Assembly (NCBI GenBank): GCA_963845145.1
Contig: CAWJQU010000008.1
Coordinates: 416,001 to 480,000 of the forward strand
Length of the DNA: 64,000 nucleotides
DNA from: an uncultured delta proteobacterium
GTDB lineage: Bacteria > Desulfobacterota > Desulfobacteria > Desulfobacterales > QNYZ01
Reading direction: 5' to 3'
The position numbers and the translations under genes are program-made. Position 1 is the first letter of the stretch. Each line of letters opens with the position of its first letter. Below, in pieces: positions 19,721 to 29,087 of this stretch. The notes under the pieces were generated by a model, which saw nothing but the letters and a program-made list of their open reading frames with translations, was not told where the DNA came from and made no database searches.

Positions 19721-20020
19721 ATGGATATGAAAGAGATATGCCCCTGCCCGAAAATAGCCTGCCCCAATCATGGCGATTGTGAAAAATGCACCAGCCGCCA
19801 TTTGCGCAAAGGGGTGTTGAATTTCTGTGGCTTTCATACCATTTTACCGACCCTCAGAGAGGCGATTGCCGAATCTCCCGAATCCCCAACCGCTAAAATG
19901 CTGAGTGCTTTGATCGAGAAGCAACTTCAGGGTTATGAAAACCTGATGAAAAAAAATGAACTGACCCTGGATAGCCAAAAAACGCTATTAAAGAAAATGA
20001 GTGAATACAGTGGGAGTTGA
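19721..20020 (+). CDS. Small Cys/His-rich hypothetical protein
   Basis: GGGAGA RBS; CPCPKIACPNHGDCEKCTSRH..C. Confidence 0.7.
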   Translation: MDMKEICPCPKIACPNHGDCEKCTSRHLRKGVLNFCGFHTILPTLREAIAESPESPTAKMLSALIEKQLQGYENLMKKNELTLDSQKTLLKKMSEYSGS

Positions 20021-20065
20021 GTCCACAAAGATTTTTAACTCAATCAAGATTCAAGGAGGCGCGCA

Positions 20066-20782
20066 ATGGGAACACATTTTATCCTGATTCACGGGGCCTG
20101 GCACGGCGGATGGTGCTGGGAAGGTGTCATAAATGCGCTTGAAAAGATGGGGCATACGGCGGAAGCGCCCACCCTGCCCGGCCATCATAAAGAAGACGAT
20201 CGTGCCAATATCCAGTTTAGCGATTATGTCGAAAAAATCGTCGGTGTACTCAAGCAACAATCCACGCCGGTGGTCCTGGTCGGACATTCCAGCGCTGGAT
20301 TCCTGCTTCAGGCAGTGGCCCCATTGGCACCTGACAAGATTACCCGGCTCATTTTCCTAAATGCGTTTGTATTGCCTGACGGTAAATGCCAGTTTGACCT
20401 TGTTCCCCCGGAAGTATCTGAAGGGATGACAGCCGCAGCCAATGCTTCAGCGGATAACTGTGTGCCGGTTGATGAAGATTTTGTACGAAATATGCTGATG
20501 GCGGGAGAAACGCCGCAAAAGCAGGATGCGTTGATCGATCGGCTGGTACCGCAACCGATTGCCATTTTCACAACTCCGGTCGCAACACAACCGTTTGAAA
20601 AGCTGGCCCTATCCAAATCCGTCGTATTTTGTAAAGCGGACGCCTCGCTACCGCCAGGTGCCTATTTAGGCATGGCCCAGGGGCTCGGGGAATTTAATAT
20701 AGTAGAGGTTGAAGGTGGCCATGAAGCGCTATTTACCGACGCTGGCGTGGTCGCAGACGGTCTGGTGAGTGCGTTAAAATGA
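20066..20782 (+). CDS. Alpha/beta hydrolase (methylesterase-like)
   Basis: HGAWHGGWCW, GHSSAG nucleophile elbow, GGHE; AAGGAGG RBS. Confidence 0.9.
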   Translation: MGTHFILIHGAWHGGWCWEGVINALEKMGHTAEAPTLPGHHKEDDRANIQFSDYVEKIVGVLKQQSTPVVLVGHSSAGFLLQAVAPLAPDKITRLIFLNAFVLPDGKCQFDLVPPEVSEGMTAAANASADNCVPVDEDFVRNMLMAGETPQKQDALIDRLVPQPIAIFTTPVATQPFEKLALSKSVVFCKADASLPPGAYLGMAQGLGEFNIVEVEGGHEALFTDAGVVADGLVSALK

Positions 20783-20897
20783 TTCAGGCCGGCTTTTTTT
20801 CCGGTCTTGCAGCGCTCCAAATTTTTTTCATTTTCACCCGAAGGTGCTTTCACCCAAAGGACGCCACGTAAAAGGTTAGAAGTCCTAAAACATCCCT

Positions 20898-21389
20898 ATG
20901 AATTTAAAAGACCAAGCCATTGCCATCCTCGGAATCATTTTGGATCCGAAAAGAACATTGGTATCCCTGCCTTCAAATCAGTTCTGCGTCATGTCTCTGA
21001 TCACGGCATTGTTGTTACTTCTTCCGCAATTATTTACATTAAAAACCGTTGAAAGCCTCCAGAGTTTTGTACGCATCGCAGCTCAATTCATGTGGTTTAT
21101 CATCTTTTTTTTCATTTTTGCCTATATCCTGACATTCGTGGCGAAACTTATCCACAGGCCGATCACCTTAAAAAAGGCAAAGAATATCATCGGCTATTCC
21201 CAGGCACCCAGGGTCCTGGTCATGATCGTCGTTACCATTGTGGCCTGGATGGTACCATCTGTTATGGAGCCAGGCATAATGAACACCATCCTCAACACCG
21301 TTGTTTATTTAGCGACCCTCTATTCTCTCGTTCTGATCGTTTTCGGCGTTAACTGGTCCTATTTTGAGATGACTTCAGAGAACGAATAA
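20898..21389 (+). CDS. Yip1-family-like membrane protein
   Basis: ILDPKRT N-terminus, IIGYSQAP, several TM helices. Confidence 0.6.
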   Translation: MNLKDQAIAILGIILDPKRTLVSLPSNQFCVMSLITALLLLLPQLFTLKTVESLQSFVRIAAQFMWFIIFFFIFAYILTFVAKLIHRPITLKKAKNIIGYSQAPRVLVMIVVTIVAWMVPSVMEPGIMNTILNTVVYLATLYSLVLIVFGVNWSYFEMTSENE

Positions 21390-21542
21390 CATTTTTCTAT
21401 ATCGCCTTTTCAATATCCCCCATTGGTTAATCAGGCCTTTTTCAAAACTGTTGACATAACCGAAAACAAGTTTAACCTTTTTAGAACATCGCTTAGAAAC
21501 AAATCTTGGCTTGAATACCCTTTAAATCAGTGAGAGGTATAA

Positions 21543-21986
21543 ATGAAAAAACTACTATTATCGATCGTACTCATATTCATCTCCAACACTGCTTTGGCAG
21601 ACGACTATGATATCATTTTAAACAAAGCGCTTGAATTGCTGGAGACGAACCGGATTGAAGAAGGGATAGACTTCATCTATTCAACCAACAAATGGATTGA
21701 TTCCTCTAACGATGCCGTCGTTAATTTAAAAAATCAACTGGCCAATATTACGCCGCTTGTGGGGAAATACAGATATAGAGAAAAATTGGCGGAAACCTGG
21801 ATGGGCACCCGGTACGTTCATATCGTTTATGCTTTCGGCTATGATCGGCAACCATTGCGGTTTCAATTTGAGTTGTATAATCCGACAGGCCAAAAGTGGT
21901 TTTTTAATAGCTTTTCATTTGACTCTAATCTGACCGATGGGCTGGAAAAATTTACCAATGACAACCTGTATAATATAAAGCCCTGA
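21543..21986 (+). CDS. Secreted hypothetical protein
   Basis: Signal peptide MKKLLLSIVLIFISNTALA; GAGGT RBS; upstream TTGACA-N16-TAACCT (21451-21478). Confidence 0.75.
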   Translation: MKKLLLSIVLIFISNTALADDYDIILNKALELLETNRIEEGIDFIYSTNKWIDSSNDAVVNLKNQLANITPLVGKYRYREKLAETWMGTRYVHIVYAFGYDRQPLRFQFELYNPTGQKWFFNSFSFDSNLTDGLEKFTNDNLYNIKP

Positions 21987-22016
21987 CACCGGCATTATCA
22001 TGACACCAAATCCATT

Positions 22017-22046
22017 AAAAAAGGCCGGAAATCACTTCCGGCCTTT
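22017..22046. terminator. Bidirectional intrinsic terminator between convergent genes
   Basis: AAAAAAGGCCGGAA-ATCAC-TTCCGGCCTTT. Confidence 0.75.
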
Positions 22047-22074
22047 AATCTCTACTTGATGGTTATTTTTTAAA

Positions 22075-22221
22075 TCAACACTTAACAAATCGGCATTTTG
22101 TCATGTCCGGGCCATCACAACAGTATGACCCGACAACACACCCGCACCCATCAACAACGTGATAACAACAGGATGCTTTTGCCGATTTACTTCCTTTGGT
22201 GGCTTTGGCCTTATTTTTCAT
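22075..22221 (-). CDS. 48-aa cysteine-rich peptide (not in the ORF track)
   Basis: MKNKAKATKGSKSAKASCCYHVVDGCGCVVGSYCCDGPDMTKCRFVKC*; GGAGGT RBS, own promoter and terminator. Confidence 0.75.
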   Translation of the reverse strand: MKNKAKATKGSKSAKASCCYHVVDGCGCVVGSYCCDGPDMTKCRFVKC

Positions 22222-22313
22222 GGTGACACCTCCGTTTAAAGGGTATCCCCTTTTTGTATGGATTTATTTTACTGGGTAATTGGGTTTGTGCTAACCCCAT
22301 CGACCCATGGCTA

Positions 22314-22342
22314 AGAATAATAACCCATGTTTCAGGTGTCAA
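22314..22342 (-). promoter_or_regulatory. Sigma70-type promoter for the Cys-rich peptide
   Basis: TTGACA-N17-TATTCT on the minus strand. Confidence 0.65.
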
Positions 22343-22466
22343 TGAGGGTTTCGATCATTTTTCCCGAACATTTGCTTTGCGCTTCATTTTAAGATACGAA
22401 TTTACCTAGAACAGACCCCAAGAACATCCAATCAAAGCGTTTGGCCACTAAAGCGAGGGAGATATC

Positions 22467-23561
22467 ATGAGCAATGTTTACGATATCGTAATAATCGGCG
22501 CAGGTCCTGGTGGGGTGACGGCCGGGGTTAAAGCGGCTGAAGCGGGCTTGACTTATGTCTTGCTCGAAAAGGGCGCCCAACCGTTTCAAGGGATCATCGA
22601 TACCTACCCCAAAGGTAAAAAAGTCTATCCCACCATACCTAAAGGGGCCGAGGGGCCGTTTCCGGTTGAGGGGCTCACGCCACCCATGGAAAAGATCCCG
22701 GTTGAGGAATATATCGAGCAGATCAAAGATTTCGTGGCATCGATGGGCCAGAATATTCAATACCAGACGCTGTTTCAGGGTATCGAGAAACAAAATGATC
22801 AATATACCATTAACACCGACAAAGGGCTTTATGTGGGTCGGAAGGTTATTTTTGCCTTTGGCAGCAATATTCCCAACGAACTTGGGATTTACGGTGAAGC
22901 CAAAACCGTAGCCCATCGGCTTGAAAATCCTGAAGATTACACCGGCATACCCACACTCGTCATCGGGGGTGGAAATGCCGCTGCCGATATCGTGGCCGCC
23001 CTCTCCCGCGTCAAACGTGAAGCCGGTGATCCCTCTTCTGTCTACTGGGGGCATATTCGGGAAAAATTCAAAGTGAGTAAAAATACCGCACGGGACCTGG
23101 GTGAAGAGATCCTGCTGGGAGGACAGATTAAAATTCTACAAGGAGCCGTCCCTAAGATCGGAGAAGTGGACGCTGAAGGAATCGATCGGCTCTATATCCA
23201 CCAAAAACCGGAAATTACCGGGCGGGATGATGTATTCATGTATCAGGGCATGAGTTTCCCCATGAAGAACGTCATCGCTTGTATCGGTACGCATGGGCCT
23301 GCCGAGATTTTCAACAAGGCCGACCTCCAACAAATAACCTGCACCGGAACAATATGCAAAATCGCCAAAGAGGGCGAAAGCCTTTTACTCCTGTCGGAAA
23401 CCCTGGAGACCAACCGAAAAGGGGTGTATGCCATAGGCGGCGCGATCAGCCCCGCTTACATGGAGATCCAGGCCGATGGGACCATTAAAGAACGTAAACA
23501 TTCCAACCTGATTTTTACAGCCATGCAGGATGCCGTGCGGGTGATTAATAGTTTGATCTGA
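22467..23561 (+). CDS. FAD/NAD(P)H-dependent oxidoreductase (TrxB/YpdA-like fold, no canonical CxxC)
   Basis: GAGPGG FAD motif, GGGNAA NAD(P) motif, ETNRKGVYAIG. Confidence 0.8.
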   Translation: MSNVYDIVIIGAGPGGVTAGVKAAEAGLTYVLLEKGAQPFQGIIDTYPKGKKVYPTIPKGAEGPFPVEGLTPPMEKIPVEEYIEQIKDFVASMGQNIQYQTLFQGIEKQNDQYTINTDKGLYVGRKVIFAFGSNIPNELGIYGEAKTVAHRLENPEDYTGIPTLVIGGGNAAADIVAALSRVKREAGDPSSVYWGHIREKFKVSKNTARDLGEEILLGGQIKILQGAVPKIGEVDAEGIDRLYIHQKPEITGRDDVFMYQGMSFPMKNVIACIGTHGPAEIFNKADLQQITCTGTICKIAKEGESLLLLSETLETNRKGVYAIGGAISPAYMEIQADGTIKERKHSNLIFTAMQDAVRVINSLI

Positions 23562-23705
23562 ATGGATGAGACACGGTCAATAGCAAGATAATGAATAAAA
23601 ACTGCTTGACAAATAAAAACAGTAAGGATAGGAGCTAGGCACCTAACAAAAAAAGTTTCAGCTTTAAAAATACAGATTTATTAAAAAAATACAAAACAGA
23701 TACGA

Positions 23706-23792
23706 ATGATTCAATTATTTATCAGCCTCGGCCTTATTATTCTTATTCTCGTCGTAGGTATTATTCCCTGCGACGAGACAGGGGGCGGATAA
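23706..23792 (+). CDS. ilv operon attenuator leader peptide
   Basis: MIQLFISLGLIILILVVGIIPCDETGGG*: 14 of 28 residues are Ile/Leu/Val. Confidence 0.85.
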   Translation: MIQLFISLGLIILILVVGIIPCDETGGG

Positions 23793-23856
23793 TGGTCTGA
23801 TTGAATCACAACTTTAAAAAAACCGTTATCTGCCCCGCAGATAACGGTTTTTTTTT
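23781..23856 (+). promoter_or_regulatory. Transcription attenuator (antiterminator/terminator)
   Basis: Terminator AACCGTTATCTGC-CCC-GCAGATAACGGTT plus T-tract; GGGGCGGATAATGGT can pair alternatively with ACCGTTATCTGCCCC. Confidence 0.88.
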
Positions 23857-23915
23857 GGTCAAGCCGATGATTTACCGCATCGGTAATCGTCACGGGTCCA
23901 AGGAGGGATTATAGA

Positions 23916-25601
23916 ATGAAACTGACCGGATCAAAGATTCTGATGAAAGTGCTTGAAGAAGAGAAAGTGGATACCATATTTGGGTTTCCCGGCGGAGTGG
24001 TGCTCGATATTTACGATGAATTGCTTCGAACGGAGATCAACCACTACCTGGTACGGCATGAACAGGGCGCAGTACATGCCGCCGACGGCTATGCCAGGGC
24101 CAGCGGGAAGGTGGGGGTCTGCCTTGTCACCTCCGGCCCCGGAGCAACCAATACAGTCACGGGAATCGCTACCGCCTATATGGATTCAATCCCTCTGGTT
24201 GTTTTCACCGGCCAGGTACCGACCCATTTGATCGGAAACGACGCATTCCAGGAAGTTGATATTGTGGGGATCTCGCGCCCTTGCACCAAGCATAACTATC
24301 TGGTTAAGCGAACGTCGGACCTGGCTCGAGTCATTCGCGAAGCATTTTACATTGCCCGTTCGGGCCGCCCCGGACCCGTACTCATAGACCTGCCCAAAGA
24401 TGTCATGAATGGTGAGGCCAACTACAAAGACGCCCAATCCCTGGAAATAAAATCGTACAAACCCCATTATGAGCCCAACAAAAGGCAATTAGATAAAATT
24501 ATCGGCCTGATAAAAAAAGCGAAACGTCCGGTAATCTTTGTCGGGGGCGGAATTATCCTGTCCAAAGCCGCGGAGGTGCTGACCCGCTTTGCCCGCAAAA
24601 CCGGAATTCCCGTCACCGCCTCGCTGATGGGTCTGGGGGCCTTCCCAGGGACCGATCCACTGTGGCTGGGTATGTTGGGGATGCACGGCACTTACCGGGC
24701 CAACATGTCCATCGGTAAGTGCGACCTTCTGATATCCATGGGCGTTCGCTTTGATGATCGGGTAACCGGAAAAGTGGACACTTTCGCACCCCACGCCAAG
24801 ATCATCCATATCGATATCGACCCTACCTCCATTCAGAAAAACATACCTGTCACCCTTCCCGTCGTGGGAGATTGCCGGCTGGCATTGGAGTATTTGAATC
24901 AGCTAATCGATAAAACCGGTTTGGACCAGCTGGTCGAATCCAGAAAGCCCTGGCTGACCCAGATTGAGGAGTGGAAGAGTACGCGACCTCTGGCTTATGA
25001 AACCAGTGAAGAGATCAAACCTCAATTTGTCATTGAGAAACTCTATGAACTCACTGAGGGCAAGGCCATCATCACCACTGAAGTGGGACAAAATCAGATG
25101 TGGGCGGCCCAATACTACCACTTTGACCACCCGGATCATTTCATCACCTCCGGCGGTTTAGGAACCATGGGTTTCGGCCTGCCGGCAGCTATCGGCGCAC
25201 AGGTCGCACAACCTGATAAAACCGTTGTCGACGTTGCCGGAGACGGTAGTATCCAGATGAACATTCAGGAGATGGCCACAGCCATGCAATACTGCCTGCC
25301 GGTAAAAGTGGTTATTTTAAATAACCAATACCTCGGTATGGTCCGACAATGGCAGGAGTTGTTTTATGAAAAACGGTACGCCTGTACTTGCCTGGAATGC
25401 GGGCCGGATTTTGTCAAACTCGCGGAAGCTTACGGGGCCGGCGGATTTCGCGCCACCAAGCCCGAGGAAGTCGAGGATGTGTTGAAAAAGGGACTCGCCC
25501 ATAACGGTACCGCGATCATGGAATTTATGGTGGCCAAGGAAGAAGGCGTCTACCCCATGGTGCCGGCGGGGGCGCCAATTACAGAAATGTTGCTGGCATA
25601 A
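23916..25601 (+). CDS. ilvB: Acetolactate synthase large subunit
   Basis: RHEQGA, TSGPGATN, GDGSIQMN TPP motif, GMVRQWQ. Confidence 0.97.
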   Translation: MKLTGSKILMKVLEEEKVDTIFGFPGGVVLDIYDELLRTEINHYLVRHEQGAVHAADGYARASGKVGVCLVTSGPGATNTVTGIATAYMDSIPLVVFTGQVPTHLIGNDAFQEVDIVGISRPCTKHNYLVKRTSDLARVIREAFYIARSGRPGPVLIDLPKDVMNGEANYKDAQSLEIKSYKPHYEPNKRQLDKIIGLIKKAKRPVIFVGGGIILSKAAEVLTRFARKTGIPVTASLMGLGAFPGTDPLWLGMLGMHGTYRANMSIGKCDLLISMGVRFDDRVTGKVDTFAPHAKIIHIDIDPTSIQKNIPVTLPVVGDCRLALEYLNQLIDKTGLDQLVESRKPWLTQIEEWKSTRPLAYETSEEIKPQFVIEKLYELTEGKAIITTEVGQNQMWAAQYYHFDHPDHFITSGGLGTMGFGLPAAIGAQVAQPDKTVVDVAGDGSIQMNIQEMATAMQYCLPVKVVILNNQYLGMVRQWQELFYEKRYACTCLECGPDFVKLAEAYGAGGFRATKPEEVEDVLKKGLAHNGTAIMEFMVAKEEGVYPMVPAGAPITEMLLA

Positions 25602-25609
25602 ATGAAAGG

Positions 25610-26107
25610 ATGGCTGACATGATAATGGAGAAACATGTGATCTCCATGCTGGTGGACAACGAACCCGGCGTGCTTTCCCGAGTGGCGGGCCTTTTCTCGG
25701 GACGCGGATACAATATCGAAAGCCTGTGCGTGGCCGAAACCATTGACCCGGAAGTATCGCGCATTACCCTGGTTACCCGGGCGGATGCTGTTATCCTCGA
25801 GCAAATTGAAAAACAACTGAACAAACTGATCAACGTTATTAAACTAAGAGAACTTTCCGGCCCGGAATCGGTTCAGCGGGAAATGGCCCTGATTTGTGTA
25901 CGGGCCACCGCCAACTATCGCGCCGAAATTCTGCGAATCGTGGATATTTTCAGGTGCAAGGTAGTGGACGTGGGGCAGGAACACTATATTATCGAAGTGA
26001 CCGGCGACGAAGGTAAACTTCAAGCGCTAATCAATCTTCTGAAGCCGATGGGAATAAAGAAAATTGCCCGAACCGGGGTGATTGCCTTAAAACGAGAACC
26101 GGTCTGA
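25610..26107 (+). CDS. ilvN: Acetolactate synthase small subunit
   Basis: NEPGVLSRVAGLFSGRGYNIESL; KQLNKLINV. Confidence 0.96.
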   Translation: MADMIMEKHVISMLVDNEPGVLSRVAGLFSGRGYNIESLCVAETIDPEVSRITLVTRADAVILEQIEKQLNKLINVIKLRELSGPESVQREMALICVRATANYRAEILRIVDIFRCKVVDVGQEHYIIEVTGDEGKLQALINLLKPMGIKKIARTGVIALKREPV

Positions 26108-26167
26108 TAATTGGACGAAAGAATTGTACCATCCAATCTAAATTATTACTAACGAAGAGGAGGAACC

Positions 26168-27220
26168 ATGGCGAAAATCGATTTTGGCGGTGTCGTTGAA
26201 GATGTAACAACTCGGCAAGAATTTTCTTTGGACAAAGCAAGGGAAGTACTAAAAAATGAAACCGTGGCCGTACTCGGGTACGGCGTACAAGGTCCGGGGC
26301 AAGCGCTGAACATGCGCGATAACGGTATCAATGTTATTGTCGGCCAGCGTGAAGGCGGCGCTTCCTGGGATAAAGCCGTGGCTGACGGATTTGTGCCCGG
26401 AAAAACACTTTTTCCCATCGAAGAGGCCGCTAAAAAGGGAACAATCATTCAGTTTCTGTTGTCGGACGCCGGGCAGGTGACCACCTGGCCGATGGTAAAA
26501 TCATGCTTGAACGATGGGGATGCGCTCTACTTTTCCCATGGATTTTCGGTCGTGTACAAAGAAAAAACCAATATCATACCTCCGGAAAACGTGGACGTCA
26601 TCCTTGTGGCCCCCAAGGGATCCGGCCGAACAGTCCGAACCAACTTTTTAGACGGTAGCGGTATCAACTCCAGTTATGCCATACACCAGGATGCCACCGG
26701 AAAGGCTAAAGAGAGAACCCTGGCCCTGGGCATCGCCGTGGGTTCTGGCTACCTTTTCCCAACGACGTTTCAGAATGAGGTTTTCAGTGACCTTACCGGT
26801 GAACGTGGGATTCTGATCGGTGCTCTGGCCGGGGTCATGGAGGCTCAATATAACTTATTGCGCGAACATGGACACAGTCCCAGTGAAGCGTTCAATGAAA
26901 CCGTGGAAGAACTCACCCAAAGCTTAATTCGGCTGGTGGGAGAAAACGGAATGGACTGGATGATGGCCAACTGCAGCACCACGGCCCAGCGGGGTGCCCT
27001 GGACTGGGCGCCGAAATTCAGAGACGCCGTCAAGCCGGTTTTCGACGATTTGTATCATAAAGTAACCTCCGGAGCTGAGACCCAACGGGTGCTGGATAAA
27101 AACAGTGCCTCCGACTATCGGGAACAATTACAAAAAGAGTTGGAAGTCATCCACAATTCGGAAATGTGGCGGGCCGGCGAGGCGGTTCGATCCCTTCGCC
27201 CGGAAAACCAGGAGATCTAA
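26168..27220 (+). CDS. ilvC: Ketol-acid reductoisomerase (Bacteroidetes/fungal Ilv5-like type)
   Basis: GYGVQG, SHGFS, VAPKGSG, SDLTGERG, NCSTTAQRGALDW. Confidence 0.95.
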   Translation: MAKIDFGGVVEDVTTRQEFSLDKAREVLKNETVAVLGYGVQGPGQALNMRDNGINVIVGQREGGASWDKAVADGFVPGKTLFPIEEAAKKGTIIQFLLSDAGQVTTWPMVKSCLNDGDALYFSHGFSVVYKEKTNIIPPENVDVILVAPKGSGRTVRTNFLDGSGINSSYAIHQDATGKAKERTLALGIAVGSGYLFPTTFQNEVFSDLTGERGILIGALAGVMEAQYNLLREHGHSPSEAFNETVEELTQSLIRLVGENGMDWMMANCSTTAQRGALDWAPKFRDAVKPVFDDLYHKVTSGAETQRVLDKNSASDYREQLQKELEVIHNSEMWRAGEAVRSLRPENQEI

Positions 27221-27337
27221 GCCCAGAGCTTTAAACCGGGAACTTTAAAAAGGTTACGCGGCGGAAGATCTATGGGTTTCACAACCGGGAATCTTCAACG
27301 CCGCGAGCCGTTGGGTTAATCTAAAAAGGTGACGATC

Positions 27338-28927
27338 ATGGAACCCGTATTCCTGTACGATACAACATTAAGGGACGGCACTCAGGGTGAAAACATCAGT
27401 TTTTCAGCCGAAGAAAAACTGGCCATCGCCCATCGCCTGGATAATATGGGCGTCCATTACATCGAGGGGGGATGGCCCGGCTCAAATCCCCGGGATATGC
27501 GTTTTTTTGAATTGGCCAAAAAAGAGACTTTTAAAATGGCCAAAATCACCGCATTCGGGGCCACGCGCAAGCCGGGCTCTTCACCGGAAAAGGATCAAAA
27601 TATCCAAACCCTGATTGAAGCGGAAACACCGGTGGTAACCATTTTCGGTAAAACCTGGGATCTGCATGTTAAAAAAGTCATGGAAAACACCCAGGGGGAA
27701 AACCTGGCCATGATTGCCGAATCCGTGGCCTACCTAAAAGATCAGGGGCGCGAGGTTATTTACGATGCCGAACATTTTTTTGATGGGTACAAGGATAACG
27801 CTAATTATGCGATGCAGACCCTTTATGCCGCCATCGATAACGGTAGCGAAATGGTCGTCCTTTGCGACACCAACGGCGGCTGTCTGCCCATGGAGATCGA
27901 AAACATCATCGCTGAGGTCAAAGCGCAATTGACTGTAAATTATAAAGGTGCCCCAGCCATAAACTTCGGCATCCATACCCATAACGACTCCGGAGTGGCC
28001 GTAGCCAACAGTCTGGCGGCGATCAATCAGGGCGCCACGATGGTCCAGGGAACCATCAACGGCTACGGCGAGCGTTGCGGAAATGCGGATCTGACAGCGA
28101 TTATACCGATTCTCTGCCTGAAGATGAATCGGCCCTGTATCCCCATCAATAATCTAACCATGTTAAAAAAACTGTCGCGCTTTGTCAGTGAAACGGCCAA
28201 CCTGGTTCCTTCCAACAACCGCCCTTTCGTCGGCAAAAGTGCGTTCGCCCACAAGGGCGGTATTCATGTCAGTGCCGTGATAAAAGAACCACGGGCCTAT
28301 GAGCACATTACCCCCGACCTGGTGGGAAACAGCCGCCGTGTGTTGATTTCGGATCTATCCGGAAAAAGCAATATTGAGTACAAAGCCGAGGAGATGGGCG
28401 TTCACCTGGGTGGTAACGGATATAACAGCCGGGAAATCGTCTCCAAAATCAAGGATCTCGAGGATCAAGGCTATCAGTTTGATATCGCCGACGGGTCCTT
28501 CAAAATCCTGGTAGAAAAACTGACCAAGCAATACCAGCCCTTATTTGAACTGGAATCGTTTCGGGTCACCATGGAAAAAGACAAAGATCAGTCTTGCACC
28601 GCCCATGCCACCGTTAAAATCACTGTGGATGGCAGAGAAGAAATCACGGCCGCCGAAGGCAAGGGACCTGTCAGCGCTCTGGATAATGCCCTTCGTAAAG
28701 CCCTGAACCGTTTTTACCCCGGCCTGGACCACATGCGCTTGGTGGACTTCAAAGTACGTGTCATTGACGGCCGAGATGGTACGGCTGCTAAGGTCCGTGT
28801 TTTTATTCAATCCCGGGATCAGGATGAAGTCTGGAGCACCCTGGGTGTTTCCCATGATATCATCGAAGCCAGCTGGCAGGCCCTTGAAGACAGTTTTCAG
28901 TATAAATTGTCCAAAAAAGAGAAATAA
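27338..28927 (+). CDS. cimA: Citramalate synthase
   Basis: DTTLRDGTQGE, EGGWPGSNP, YDAEHFFDG, AHKGGIH. Confidence 0.92.
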   Translation: MEPVFLYDTTLRDGTQGENISFSAEEKLAIAHRLDNMGVHYIEGGWPGSNPRDMRFFELAKKETFKMAKITAFGATRKPGSSPEKDQNIQTLIEAETPVVTIFGKTWDLHVKKVMENTQGENLAMIAESVAYLKDQGREVIYDAEHFFDGYKDNANYAMQTLYAAIDNGSEMVVLCDTNGGCLPMEIENIIAEVKAQLTVNYKGAPAINFGIHTHNDSGVAVANSLAAINQGATMVQGTINGYGERCGNADLTAIIPILCLKMNRPCIPINNLTMLKKLSRFVSETANLVPSNNRPFVGKSAFAHKGGIHVSAVIKEPRAYEHITPDLVGNSRRVLISDLSGKSNIEYKAEEMGVHLGGNGYNSREIVSKIKDLEDQGYQFDIADGSFKILVEKLTKQYQPLFELESFRVTMEKDKDQSCTAHATVKITVDGREEITAAEGKGPVSALDNALRKALNRFYPGLDHMRLVDFKVRVIDGRDGTAAKVRVFIQSRDQDEVWSTLGVSHDIIEASWQALEDSFQYKLSKKEK

Positions 28928-29087
28928 AAAAAGGAGTAAGATATGAAAAGGGGAATAAAAGCCGCGGGGATGGATGAAATACCCAACCCCCGGCTGATGC
29001 TCGAGGAGATGTTCGTTTCCAAAATAAAATGAATAAACTTTTTAATCCCTACGCTGTTAAAATGACCATTGAAAGGAGCAACCCCTC

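Noticed and set aside
18930..22000. Continuation of the cassette array through the accessory ORFs
   Set aside because: I found no convincing RYYYAAC...GTTRRRY hairpins after these ORFs, and several have their own promoter-like spacers.
22075..22077. TGA of the Cys-rich peptide as selenocysteine
   Set aside because: No SECIS-like hairpin directly follows, and a TAA comes four codons later.
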